Below, piece after piece: positions 14,901-27,445 of a stretch of 64,000 nt of DNA. Both the position numbers and the translations under genes were made by a program. This DNA is from Balanoglossus misakiensis (taxonomy: Eukaryota; Animalia; Hemichordata): NCBI GenBank assembly GCA_040954595.2, contig CM082595.2, forward strand, positions 2,296,635-2,360,634, written 5' to 3'. The notes under the pieces are model-generated. The model ran no database searches, had not been told where the DNA came from, and saw nothing but the letters and a program-made list of their open reading frames with translations. Numbering within the stretch: the first letter of the stretch is position 1; every line of letters begins with the position of its first letter.

Positions 14901-17900
14901 CTGAAGTATTTGTTGCTTTGTTAATCTGTTTAGAGTTATTACAGAATGTTAGTTGTTGCCTTTTAGAGTCTGTGTGTGTTTAGCGGCTTATTGATTATTG
15001 TGATCGGACTACTTTGTGCTCATTCTGTTATTGTTCTTTGTGTTAAATACCAGTTCACGTAACTCGCTGGAATTGTTCCCTGGCTGTTGTGGGCGAGTTT
15101 GTTCCAACTTGTTCACTTCGGGGACTTTGACTGTGTGGACACGATCGGCCACCATCTATGTCTGCCTACAACTCGGCCGTTTTTGTAACTCATGTTGAAC
15201 GGCATTCCACTTTAATATTCCCGTCCCCTCCAACAAAGTAGCCTTTATACTTGAGGATTACAAAGCAAAATCACACCAGTCATCTGCAGTGGTGGAGGTA
15301 TTACATCCACAGATCTTCATATTGACACATAACAAGTATAGAACCGTGGAGAGAAACATAAACAGCCGTTAGAAATCAAACGGGGACATCTAGACTGATA
15401 TACACACATCTATCGTCATCTAGTTTCTCTTCATTCACCCTGAATTCCATCGTTCATGATGGATGCCACACAACTGGATCTGAGCCAAATAAATCATCCA
15501 ATTTGTAAAAAAACAACAGAGTATATATCCCAGGGTAGGCGTTCCCATTTAATGTCTTTATAAATCTCGGCCGTATCATTACAGTTTTTTATGGTTATCG
15601 ACCCACTTTACTGTCCCTTAACCGTGTTAAATTATTCTGCTTTAAAAACACCAACTAGACTGTGATTTGGTCGTTGCTTCATAGACATGAATCTTCACTT
15701 AAAAGCAACAGAGTCTTTCTGAGTGAATGTTCAAGATTTGATGTTTACAAACGGTAAATTTAAATCTAAATTTTGATATTTTATATTTATACAAGAAGGT
15801 CCAATAACTCTCTCAACACAATTTTGTTCAATTTGCATGGTAACCCATTTTCAAATCGTAAAAATCTCGTTGAGCAAGACTCCAAGATTCTGTAAATCCT
15901 CTTTTGAGATGGGTATTACATTGATATTTCCCATTGGCTCAGTTCCACTACCAGCTCTGATTGACAAGGTCTGCCCTTTGTTAGTGACAGGGTCCAATGA
16001 GTTTTATAGAACTACAAATTTTGCAAAATGACGTCAGTGCAGTCATGGACATCTGATGGCAATTTGAGATAATACCAAGCATTCAGTGTAATCCTGTTTC
16101 GAATACGATTATAGCACCGTGGATTTGACTTAATCTGGGAATTACCAACAGATAATGTACTTCACATAGTGTGCGCTGACCTTCATCGTCTGTCGATTTG
16201 AATGATGCTATCATGGGTTTTTATCGACCCAGCAATCCTGTAGAGTGTAGTAATTATTGTAGTATTTATAATTTTAGAATAGGTAAAAATTTTAAAGGGG
16301 AGATGTCCACCAAACTGCACATGCCCGACTTTTCTGTTTATACATTGTTGCCATTGTTCAGGGAGACCCTGACAACCAATTTGTATGTTACATCAAAGTG
16401 AATTGGAAATGTGATAAAAAGTAACAACTGCATTGTTGCCATGATGTACATTGTAGCAGTTACACTCTATTGTAATACAAAGTAACAACCACATTGTTTG
16501 CAATGAATGATGTACATTGTAGCAGTTACACTTTGCATCTAATTTGCCTTGTCACAGCTGCAGGCAGGACGACTAACCAACCCTTTAAATTTGCAAATCA
16601 GGAGTAGACAACAGTAGTTGATTCACAGAACAAGAATTTATGTGGAAAAGTAGCCAAAACTGACAAGATAACCAAGATTTAATAAACGCACAAGAAACTT
16701 TTACACGTCCGATATTTATCTTCCTCTTGTGAGTGATAACATGGCTGTGTCACTCAATCTCAGAGCCCCTAATGGCAGGATGTATATCCCTGACATACAC
16801 CATCAAACCTTCCATGACATCTTTACAACCCACTATATGAAGACACATTACCTCTCTGTCCCTCTCTCTCGTGATCAGTCAACAAAAGCTGTGGTGTTCC
16901 CACTTAATTTCCAGACTAAAAGGGACATTATTTTTGGTTGTGTGAGAAGTGATTCGTGTTTTGCTGCTCACAGATATGTGCTGAATCATCATTTCCTGGA
17001 GTGCTCTGTCACTGATGATAAAAATACGCAGGTACACATCGTTAACAGGTAACAGTTTTGTGACAGGTTTATATGTTCATATGTATATGAGTTGTAACAG
17101 TGAGATACTAAATTGGCTTACTCAGACTGGGCTTGGGTTAGCCCTAAGCTGACTCAGTTGGATGCTTCGTGTGGATCTGTTAATCTGTAGTTTCTAGACC
17201 CAGGCATCTAAGCAAACAGCCAGAGTATTGTTTAGACTGGAGACTTCTAGGGGATAGGGTTAAGGGGGTGGGTATTTGAGGTATTTCATGGGTGACTTGA
17301 AAGTCGATGTGCAGCCACAGAGAAACCACTCAAGTACTTGGCGAAACCATTCCGTCCACAATGGCCGGGAGATGTATGAAATACTTGCGCACGGGGAGTC
17401 AGGAATCGCTTGAAACAAAATATTCAGGGTTTTTTTTACAAACACAGTGTGAGGTGACATTTGATGTAAACAGTTTGATCTTCGAGAAATTTACGATAAC
17501 CTATATGTAATTTGACATTTTTTTTCTTAATGTAAGATTGCTGACAAATCTTTTAGAACTACAAAAAAGAAAAGAGCTTGCTGATTAAAAATTGATATGT
17601 AAAATTCAGCAGATGACAGATGAAGCAGCTCAGTCAGTGTTAGTAGTACTAAGATCTTTACGACGTTTCGACAACACACAAATAGGCTTGTATAGTATCA
17701 CTTGTGTTTTATTCTGTGTGATCTATAGCTATCTGCTGTTTTCGTAGAAACTCCTTGAATACATTATAAGAGAACTAAATAACTGGGTATGTCGTGGAAC
17801 AGACCTATAAGTTCCTGTTCTGTTTTTTCTGAGATAAGCCATTGCTCAAGATTTACTAGTCGTATGCACAACAGACATGCCAGTATTGACTTTAAGGCAG

Positions 17901-20900
17901 CCGTGTCTTAAAGGACTTGAGGTCAGAGGTCGTGATTCCTCTGACATCGGCGTGTGAACGATGTGTTCAGTGTGTAAGGTGCATGCATCTTGTTGAGTTG
18001 CATGCAGTCTGGAGTCTTTGACAGTTGTGAATAAATCTTGGTGTGCGTCATGAGAGGTTATCACTGGGGCAGTCTGCAAAACAGAACACCTTCTAAGGTC
18101 TACCATATCTGGCTGTGTAAATACCATCGTCCATGGCATCTACATCGTCCGAAACATTAAAGGTAGATTGTCACTGCAGATACAACAGTAGTTCAATCAA
18201 GGTTAATGCTAAAAGCACAAAACTGTAGACTTGATTTGGCTGCAACATGGACTAGATACGTGAACATAAATCTTAATACAGTGTAGTGATTTCCAACACG
18301 ATTGTCTTCAATAGTCAATATGTTCATAGAATGTTCTTGCAAGTTGCCTAACTCTAACTGAGCATGAGTCTAGTGTACCGCATCCCATTGTATGTGCAGT
18401 GCAAGTTGCCTAACTCTGAGTCCCACTTCTTCCACTGTAGAATAGAATAGGGTAGAATACTGTAACTTTAAATGACACATGTCAGAAAAGCTATCATTGG
18501 CCAATAAATGTGTCACTTGTACTTTCTCATGGCTTTTCTGTCAGGGGAACCATGATTGGATGCCTCTGTGCATTTACTTTCAGCAGTACGGGAAGGTGCG
18601 TAAGATCCGAGAAAAACACACATGATGGTCCTTTGAAGAGATCTATTCTTGAGATTGCTGCTATCTTTTAAGAGATCAATTCCAGTGTGATGGATGGGTG
18701 TGTCATTTTGGTGTGGCGAGGAAACGGGGGAAATCCTTGCCTTGTGGCCCGGTAATGCGCTGAGCTGTCTGTGTAAATGGTTTTGTGATGCCTTCGGAGA
18801 CGGGAATCATTTTGGTGTCATTACCAGAAGGTCGTCATCAGCCATCAGGTGTTAATAGCCATGTTCCAAACCATCACCAACAGCGCAGGCTGTGAAAAGA
18901 AAGGTCAAAATGGCAGATGTGGAGAAACAGATATAGGAATATCTCCGCAGCAATCGCCTCAAAGCAGGCAGCACATTCGCTTTCTTATCAATCATCTCCA
19001 GCCTGCCGCTCGGGAATGTCGTCTTGTTACCTGCGTTCATCCGTACGACTGTCTGAGGATAATAGATCTTTTTGAAAAGAAAAACCAGTGACACAAATAA
19101 TGGTTGCAATCAGCTCATCCATTTTAACATCTTCAACACATTCTTCCCGTGCGATCTTCGTGGACGATTTTCAACATTCAGCCAATGAGTTGTGTTTGTT
19201 TGGGCTCTATACTTAGAAAACATTAGAAAGCAATATCCTTTGAGTTCTGTAAATTTTCTACTGATGGTCCGTCCCTTAACATAATCAATATTTTTATTAT
19301 GAATGATCAAATGTAGATTTTCTGAAACAAATCATAAAATCTCAATAAATCGTACTAGTATGGTATGGAATATTTTAAGTACAAATCTTAAAATTTGACT
19401 TTGCTTGCTGACCTACAAACCCCAATCTGTAGGGTATGCATTAACATTGACTTTATAACCCAGTAACCTAACCTTTGACCTCTGATTCTTCTATTACAGG
19501 TGTACCCATATCAACCCAGTGGGGCCCACAAGGCTACTTCTATCCCATACAGATAGCCCAGTTCGGGTTGAGTCACTACAGCAAGAACCTGACAGAAACC
19601 AAACCGCGGGTTCATGTTTACGAGAATGGAGAGAGTCAGAGTGTATCCAAGTGGACAGTGTTGGACACAAGAAGCCATATAGAAAATATTTTAGATGAGG
19701 AGAAATCTTCAAGAGTTATAGAATTTATCACTCAGGGTAAGTTGTCACCTTGTCTTTATTTCGGCAAATATAATTCCAGAAGATCTGCTAACTTGCTTTA
19801 TTTCAGAACAGAAATTGCTCTTTGAACAGTTACTTCAAGATGTTGACTAAAATATCGTATAATTAGCCTTTGAAAAAGATGAGCTGCTTTACTGTAATGA
19901 AGGGTCATCACCATGGTGATTAGAGTTATGAGGTAAGGAACTAGTCAGGAAAGCCCCCTCTAGAGATCAGGATGCTGAATTTTCAGGATACTGTATTTTA
20001 TGACTGTCCATATTAACATTGAAAATTGCTTTGTTTTACTTTGTTGCAGATGACGCTTCTGGTGTGGCGTTGAATTTGAAGAATTCCGGGGATTTTGAGA
20101 TTTCTTTTGACTTTAAATGTTTCAGCAACTGCAGCATAACGGTCATAGTGGAGACCATGGAAAAAGACAAACCATACTTCATACACTATGTGACTAGTAA
20201 AGAAGTCATAGTTAAAAAAGGAGTCCATGTATATTATGGTATAGGTGATAGCAGACAATGGAGGACTATAACGAGAGATGTAATGAATGATATTAGGAAA
20301 GGCATCGGGCAGACCAATGGAAAGTCTGTGAAAAAACTAAAAGTGACAGTACAAAATATTTTAAAGATTGTGCTGCAAGGATTCGGTCGGATCGATAATG
20401 TGGTCTTATCAACAACTGCACACATGGCGCATTTCTATGACGCGGCTGATTGGTTGTTGCAGAATCAAGACCGACAGGGAGGTTGGCCGATCTGGGTGAC
20501 GCGGATTTTTGCCGAAGAGATGGGGGAGCTGCCGCCAGGTTGGTATTCAGCGATGGGACAGGGGCACGCCATGTCTACATTAACGAGAGCATATCGTAAA
20601 ACTGGCAATCAAGAATACCTCAACGCTGCGCTGCGAGCGACGAAACCGTTCAACAAGTTGTCGTCGGAGGGCGGCGTGAAAGCAGTATTTCTGGACAGGT
20701 ATCCGTGGTACGAGGAGTACCCGACGAAACCGAGCTCGTTCGTCTTAAACGGCTTTATTTACAGTTTGATCGGCCTTTACGATCTGATGCTAACAGCGCC
20801 CCCGTCGGAGAGAGGGGAGGCAGAGAGACTCTATAAGGAAGGCATGGCGTCACTGAAAGCTCTTCTGACAATGTTCGACACCGGTTCAGGGACTGTTTAC

Positions 20901-21074
20901 GATTTGCGGCACATCACGACCGGCGTGGCCCCGAAGCTTGCCAGGTGGGATTACCACACCACACATATCAGTCAACTCCAGCTGTTGAACAGTATTGACA
21001 GCGACCCAATCTTTCGGACAACCGTGGAGCGATGGATTGGCTACATGAAGGGAAAGAGAGCTAAACACAACTGA
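11919..21074 (+). CDS. GLCE: D-glucuronyl C5-epimerase (heparan sulfate C5-epimerase), 3 coding exons: 11919-12426, 19500-19736, 20050-21074 (589 aa)
   Basis: N-terminal type II TM anchor (MRIFSSRANFKLLAIISVSFAFFTLALW). Family motifs: EVFLPFSFLEKYFEVYG, FEWQHSYSKVY, YNVELRDRVKCISGIE|GVPISTQWGPQGYFYPIQIAQFGLSHYSKNL, WYSAMGQG, WYEEYPTKPSSFVLNGFIYSLIGLYDL, YDLRH, ARWDYHTTHISQL and terminal KGKRAKHN. Both introns are phase-1 GT-AG; total 1770 nt. Confidence 0.97.
12441..12625. mobile_element. Two adjacent diverged MITE copies (tandem dimer) just downstream of the GLCE splice donor
   Basis: CCTCTTCACC…GGGGTGAAAGGGG TAATTA CCCCTCTCC…GGGTGTGAATGGG TTAA. Internal TTTGG…TATGG…GA(C/T)CC(A)T blocks are shared with the other copies. 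Confidence 0.55.
13700..13792. mobile_element. Diverged copy of the 85-bp MITE (GLCE intron)
   Basis: CCCTTTCCCCACTGTGGTTTGGTCTAAATCCATTGTTTTCTACGGTAAAGTTGGACC…TTGAAAGGG, same 85-bp length. Confidence 0.7.
16420..16533. repeat. Local tandem duplication of about 61 bp
   Basis: AGTAACAAC..CATTGTT…ATGATGTACATTGTAGCAGTTACACT occurs twice. Confidence 0.75.
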
Positions 21075-22296
21075 ATTTCTGTTTTCATGTCGCCAACTCA
21101 CTAGACGATAAATCCTACATCCCAATGTTTTCACACATCACATGTCAGTCGTGATTTCATCTAAATGAACCAATCCAAAGATCATCAACCTGAAGGGCCT
21201 TAGAACAGAACAGCATACGTACAGAGAATGAAAGAGTACTATACTGGTTAACACAGCGGGATAATGATTCTCTGCTCCATACCAAGGCATCCTTCAACTC
21301 GACTACACAATCCCATGTGAGGCTCTACCTGTGGTGTATAGTGTGTGATACATCATCCATCACATGACCCACAATATGTGTAACATGCAACACGTTGCGA
21401 GTCCTATGTTTGTGATGAAAACTAACCGTGGCTCATATTGAGTTGATCAAATAAGTTAAGAGAGAGAAAGGTTATATGTTGGCCATGAAATCAGTTATTT
21501 TGGCTCATATTGGGCTGGGTGAATAACAAAGTACAATACTATATCATTTCAATGCGGGTATGTAGGTTGGACATTTTAGTGTAGGTAAAATACATGGTGC
21601 CTGTATAGATCTTTGTATAAAGTTTTAAGATATTTTTTTGTGTCAATTACTACAGTGCATCCAGTCGTGGAATACGGTAAAACCCTAATGTATATGGGTT
21701 TATGTGTATGTATAAAATGTACTTTTGCAATTGGTGTGAGAGAAAAGTAAGTGATTGTTCGATAAATCTCATGCAAAAATTTACCAAAGTTTCACAGCTC
21801 TTATATTGCTGACTATTTATGTTTTGTCAAATCTTTAGTTATTTTAAGCGTGTTCATATTTCTTCATGTATTTTGATCAATATTTGGTCGAGACTTTTCA
21901 ACTTGACATCAAAAAAACTTAAATTGGAATATTATTTTCATGTCAGCACCAACATGGTACTGATGAGTGCACAACAAGAAAGAGAGAGATGATCCTGTCA
22001 ACCCCTTGTGAAATCTCGAGAAAAGCACTTCAAAGTATAGAAAAAATATAAACAGGTAGCAATCTTAGGGCTGTTAATTATCTATCATTCATATTCTCTA
22101 ATGCCCATGATGGGAAATGCTGTCCAAAGTTAACGTACAACCAACCAATCATTCATGTTAATTTATAAAGAAATTATTTTTTGTGCCTAATTTCTGTTCA
22201 GACTGCAGAGCTTTGTGTGTTGTTTCTGTTGTTGTATCGTCAGATGTTTTCTGATGCAAAGTAACATCAAATATGTCTAGAAAAGGCCATGCGAGG

Positions 22297-22389
22297 TTAA
22301 CCCTTTCACCACCATGGTTTGGTCCAAATCCGTTGTTTTCTATGGTAAAATTGGAGTATTATAGAGGGAACTAGGGGTGAAAGGGTTAA
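22297..22389. mobile_element. 85-bp non-autonomous piggyBac-type MITE with TTAA on both sides
   Basis: TTAA-CCCTTTCACC…GGTGAAAGGG-TTAA: 10-bp TIRs with a TTAA duplication. Located in the probable GLCE 3'UTR. Confidence 0.8.
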
Positions 22390-23583
22390 AATACTGTTCA
22401 GCATTTGTTTATCCTGTGCAGTTTTACCATTTAAAGATCTGTTTCTTGTTTGTTTTTGTTAGACATATGAATTGGATCTAATTAGCCGAGTACCATATCT
22501 TCTAGTGTAGTAACTAACCGCACGTCCAATGGTCATGTGATAGCTCTTAACCAATCAGGAGTAAATACCGACAAGGCACTGTTTCAGTGTTTAAAATCTC
22601 TATTACTCAAATCCATGTGACAACCTTGATGATTTACATTAAAATTTTCCTTTTCATGGTGATGTCAGCGAACAGCTTGGCATGCCGTAACCCCATCAGC
22701 ATTCAAGTATGTTTTCAGTCCTTGACATATCATTTCTGCAACTCTAAGTGTGTGTTTTTTGCAAACGCTGAGCACAACATCACTTGGCAAAATAACCTAC
22801 TCAGATTTATTTTTAAAAAAGGAACATGCAAAATTCGAGGACTTCTTTGAAGTACAGTTAAACCAAAGACATATCTCATTTGTTGATCTGAAGATAAAAA
22901 TTCTCAAAAATACATTTTCGTGTCATTTTAAATATATTTTAGTGTATATGATTCAAATTTCATCAAAGTTTTGTCACGTCCTTGCACTGGTTCAATTAAC
23001 TAATGAGGCTTATATTGTACATATATGGACAACAGTACTGTCAACCTGTGTTCCTTAATTTTTCCAGAAAGTACTAAATTTTTACAGTTTAGGTCGGTGG
23101 AGGTGTATGAAGAATACTACAGCTCATATTTATGCCATAAGTTCTGTCAAAACATAAAGAGTGTGGGGGGTGGGTTTGGTGAGAGACTGGATTTTTTCGT
23201 CTTTTGGAAAAAAAATGGTGTGAAAATTAAGTGCACAGTTGTAAACTTGAATTTGATGTTTGGTGACGGTGCTAATATGTCAAAATGAAATGTGTGTGTA
23301 TTTTGGTTCTGCATGTAACCTGCCAGTTTCTTGTTCTGCTCTCTAAAGCATGCAGAAATACTTTGACATAATTTTCAGCTTTTTGACTCTCCCTGAATAT
23401 GTTGTTAGGGGTGTCATTATTTGCTGTAAATCCACACAAGCCCATGCTTTAACATGTCCATGCTGGCTGTTCATATACAAGCCATGTTGACACATCAAAT
23501 AATGATTTCCATGAGCTTTAGGGAGTTGAAAAAGAAACAGAAGAACTGATAAAAATACTGAAATTATAGCTTGTGTCTACTTT

Positions 23584-23606
23584 AATAAAATAAACTGTGA
23601 AATAAA
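23584..23606 (+). terminator. Candidate polyadenylation signals (clustered AATAAA) for GLCE
   Basis: AATAAAATAAA followed by another AATAAA about 2.5 kb after the GLCE stop. Assignment to GLCE is inferred from position only. Confidence 0.35.
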
Positions 23607-23629
23607 CCTGGTTGATACCCAGTTGTAAC

Positions 23630-23712
23630 TTTACCCATTTCTCTATGAACATGGATCCAACCCTCCTATTGAGCCCATGGAGGTTGTACCAAAATGGGTT
23701 GCAGAAAGGGGG
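23630..23712 (-). mobile_element. Degenerate reverse copy related to the second MITE of the 12.5-kb dimer
   Basis: CCCATTTCTCTATGAACATGGATCCAACCC…GTACCAAAATGGGTTGCAGAAAGGGG resembles the reverse complement of 12535-12621. Confidence 0.35.
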
Positions 23713-25738
23713 TGAGAGATATCTATGGAAGATGTGACAGAGTGTAGATGGTAGAAAATGTAGAAAACAAAAAAATGGTTACCTAGATACAGCAACATCC
23801 AGTTGTAGGTGATAAGATTTAAGAACACTCAAGTTCAACAGTTTTAAGAGGAATAGTGATACATGTACATGTATGTCATACTCAAAGATTTGGACTGGAT
23901 AGTGAAATTTGATTTATCAGATATTGGTAGAACATGATTGATAAATTCTGAAATATTTTTTATATCAAGGTGGATAATGTATGGTATTTACTTATATGAT
24001 GGAGTTGCTTTGTACACCAAACTTTCCATATAATTCAAGGGTACTGCTGAGATCATGTGTAATTCACTCCAATGAACTAACACTGGGTTGCTCTGGTATA
24101 GACATAAAGACATTCTAAGCAGTGGACCTAAACATATGGAAACTTTGGTCTGCATTGCAATGCTGCCGTCGGAATATTTATAAGTTGGCTTGGGGGCTAC
24201 ATGTAGATAGGATCAGTGTCGGTTAAAGAAATAATACGCATTATATTAATGCAAAAGCTAAAGCATGTTAATATTTGTTCTTTTTCTGTTGCGTTCTGAC
24301 ACTAATGAATGTTCACTTCTGGCACAGAGTGAGACTGGAGTTAAACACTGGCTTTGTGCATGATTTTACGATTAAAATAATTGGTTCTTTCACCTTGTTA
24401 CTACACAACAGTTCAGGTTGTCAGTCACATGTACTCATGCTGTCAAAATCAATGTCGTTTCCCCAAATGCAGTCAGTCATCCAAAGTAATAGTTATTTTG
24501 TATCATGTACCATTTCCTGTCAAGCATTTGAATTTGAGAACTAGCATTATCAACAGTATACCTCAGGTCAAAAAAGTTGGTTTTGTATTTTGATTTGTTT
24601 CACAATTTGTCTTCGTAAATTATTTTGTGACTGCCTGTCATGTTAGGTTTTTATTGGCCATAGAAAAGCAGTTTTGCAGATATGTCATTGCAGGCATGAA
24701 GCCATCTGAAAATACAAGCCTGTAACTTTTCTTTGCTCTTCAGAAGGAGTTCTTTATTAAGATCACATGACCACCTAATAAAATCACATTGACGTAGACA
24801 CTTGATTGTTAGCATTATTGTTCTACCAACAGCTCATAGAAAATTCACTTTTTCTGTTTAAAAAATGTAAAACTAACTTGCAACTGACAAAACTCCTAAC
24901 TGAATGGACGAGCAAGACTTCTTGTGAGTGATTTCTAACTTGTTTCAGATAACAGGGAAGACAACGTTATGCGTTTTGTAGTTTCTGATATATTTTGACT
25001 TGCTCTCACCCCTAAATTTGTGTAATTTGGTACAGTCCATGCTATAGAAAACAGTGGGATTGAACCATGTAGTGATAATGGCAGGGTGGAATGGGCTGTC
25101 TTTGGTATATTCAATTCTGCTTTGAGTTCTCAGGCGATACAACTCCTGTAATATTAGAATAGGTCTTCTTATGTTTCGTGGACATTGAACCAACATCTCA
25201 ATAAATTCTGGGATAATACAAAAGGTTATTTCTTCTCATGTATTTGTATATTTTTGCAACTGTTGCTGGCAGGTCTGTCAGATGTAAATGAACTCACTTT
25301 TAACATTAACACTGATGAACAAGCACTATTGTTGTCTGTGTTCCATTTGAAAAAAAATAAATGTTATTTTACCTAGATAATAAAATTTATCATGACTCTT
25401 TTTTAAGCATGTTTGTGCAGGCATTTGAATATAGCAGTTATGTGTTATTCTGTTTAAAAAGTTGTTCACAGAAGCATGTTAAATAGCCTCGCTTATATCT
25501 ATTCTGCATATTAGGACATTTTTCTTTTGATGTAACAAGCGTGAACCAGTCTGTAAAAGATTCTACCAGGGAACTCCCTTTGTTTTTATCCGATTCCGTC
25601 GTGTGCTGGCGCTCCTTTGCGTTGAGCGCCCGCATGTGGCTGAATCTGCGCTGGACGATCACACGTTTTTCGTCTATAAAGTAACTACGATGCTGCCTGT
25701 TTATCAGTCCAACAAAAAAGTCAAAGGTGTTCTCGTAA

Positions 25739-27445
25739 TTACTGACGGGTCTTGGCAAACTCGTCATTGCTGTTTTCCAGATGTTCTTCTATTGTTATTT
25801 TTGTCTCCTCTGCTGGTGAGTGACTGTCATGTTGGTCATTATCCTTAGTACGTTCTGTTTTTCGTCGACAAGAAAGTTTGCAGCCGCAACAACGACAACA
25901 GAGGGCGCCACAGAAGAGACTGCAAGCGAGAGCTATCGCTATGGCAACGGCAATGGACACTGCGGTTACCAGTGTTATGTCTATATCGGTGGTACCACCA
26001 CCACCACCACCACCGCCGTCATCATCATCACCATCATCATCACCATCGCCTTCCATGTTAGTGTTGGTTTCTAACGTTGGGCTGGCATCACATATCAGGC
26101 TCTCGTCTAGAAGATGTCTACCAGCGTAGTAACTAGGCGACGAACAAGTCAAGTTTCCATCTCCGAGGGTAACACGCCCACTGTTATCGTTCAACCAAAT
26201 CCTCAGTCCGTTTAAAGCGCAATTGCACGACCACGGATTATTATACAAGTATACAAGTTTTAGGTCCACCAACCCATGGAAGATTTCGCCGGGTAAATAC
26301 GAAAGCTCGTTGTTATACAAAAACAAGCGACTTAGACTATCCAATCCATTGAAGATATCCCCTGCCAAAACTGTGAATTTATTTGAGTGTATTTGAAGAT
26401 CAGCCAGCTGAGTTAAACCTTTGAAGATGTTTCTCGGCAAAGATGTAAGCAAATTACCCGAAATGTTTAAAGAGCGAAGATTTACCAGGCGATGGAAAAT
26501 ATTATCTGCCAAAATACTGAGTTGGTTGCTGCTGAGGTCCAGGTGGCGCAGATTATCCAAGTTGTAAAATATCTTTTCCGGTAATTCGGTTAGATTATTA
26601 TAATCCAGGCGTAGAGTTTTGAGGTTTGTTAATCCCTTTATAGAGACATTCATAGACGAAATACTTCGATTTGATTCCCGCTCCAGATGAGGAACTGACC
26701 CATCGCTCAGATCAACACTGAACAGAGATTCTGGCAGATACCTTATGCTGTTACCTCCGAGATTCAGGTTTTCAAGTTCCTCTAGACCTTGGAAGGTGGC
26801 TTCATGTAATGAAGACACGGCATTCTGAGATAAATCGAGGACCTGCAGCTTGCTAAGTTTCTTGAAAGTATTCTTCGGTATTGAGGATATTGCGTTGTCA
26901 CTCAAGAAAAGCTGCGTGAGTTTCATCAAATCTTCGAAGATTTTCTCTGGTAGAGATGTTAAATTATTTCCATCAATGTTCAAATATTCCAAATGTTGCA
27001 ATTCTCTGAAAGTGGTTTCATGGACTTCTTGTAGTTCATTATCATGTAAATCAAGGTGTTGCAAATGATGAACTTGACTAAAGAAAAACGGAGCTGTAAG
27101 GTGCCTTATTTTGTTGTTGTTTAAATCAATGCGTTCCAAGTAGTGAGGTGCAGCTAACGCTGACTGTTCTAAAGACGCAATGTTGTTGTAACTCAAGTCG
27201 ATGTACAAGAGATATTCAAATTCTTTAAGTGTCTCTCTGTCCAGGCGATCCAGTTGATTCCAATTCAAAAGCAGGGTTTTGGTTTTGTGTGAAATGCCCG
27301 AGGGAATCTCTGTCAATGAACTGTGCGTGCAGTTCGTTGTTGCTTCCCCACAAGAATTACATTCCACAGGGCAGGCTTTGGTTGTCCCCAACAAAAGAAC
27401 AGTGACCAGTAAAGTCAAACTCGACGCAAGTGTGTATTTCCCCAT
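25739..27445 (-). CDS. Leucine-rich repeat single-pass membrane protein (LRRNT + 13 LRR + LRRCT + acidic/Gly stalk + TM + short Cys-rich tail), 568 aa, intronless CDS
   Basis: Signal peptide MGKYTLASSLTLLVTVLLLGTTKA; LRRNT CPVECNSC...C; 24-aa LxxLxLxxNxLxxLPxxxF repeats; LRRCT NPWSCNC...C...C; TM ITLVTAVSIAVAIAIALACSLFC; no TIR. Probable 5'UTR intron at 27609-27456 (AAG|GTAAGA ... TTTTACAG, 10 nt before the ATG). Confidence 0.93.
   Translation of the reverse strand: MGKYTLASSLTLLVTVLLLGTTKACPVECNSCGEATTNCTHSSLTEIPSGISHKTKTLLLNWNQLDRLDRETLKEFEYLLYIDLSYNNIASLEQSALAAPHYLERIDLNNNKIRHLTAPFFFSQVHHLQHLDLHDNELQEVHETTFRELQHLEYLNIDGNNLTSLPEKIFEDLMKLTQLFLSDNAISSIPKNTFKKLSKLQVLDLSQNAVSSLHEATFQGLEELENLNLGGNSIRYLPESLFSVDLSDGSVPHLERESNRSISSMNVSIKGLTNLKTLRLDYNNLTELPEKIFYNLDNLRHLDLSSNQLSILADNIFHRLVNLRSLNISGNLLTSLPRNIFKGLTQLADLQIHSNKFTVLAGDIFNGLDSLSRLFLYNNELSYLPGEIFHGLVDLKLVYLYNNPWSCNCALNGLRIWLNDNSGRVTLGDGNLTCSSPSYYAGRHLLDESLICDASPTLETNTNMEGDGDDDGDDDDGGGGGGGGTTDIDITLVTAVSIAVAIAIALACSLFCGALCCRCCGCKLSCRRKTERTKDNDQHDSHSPAEETKITIEEHLENSNDEFAKTRQ

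Noticed and set aside
25820-26129. Plus-strand poly-Thr/poly-Pro ORFs
   Set aside because: Antisense to the LRR gene's repeat-encoded stalk.
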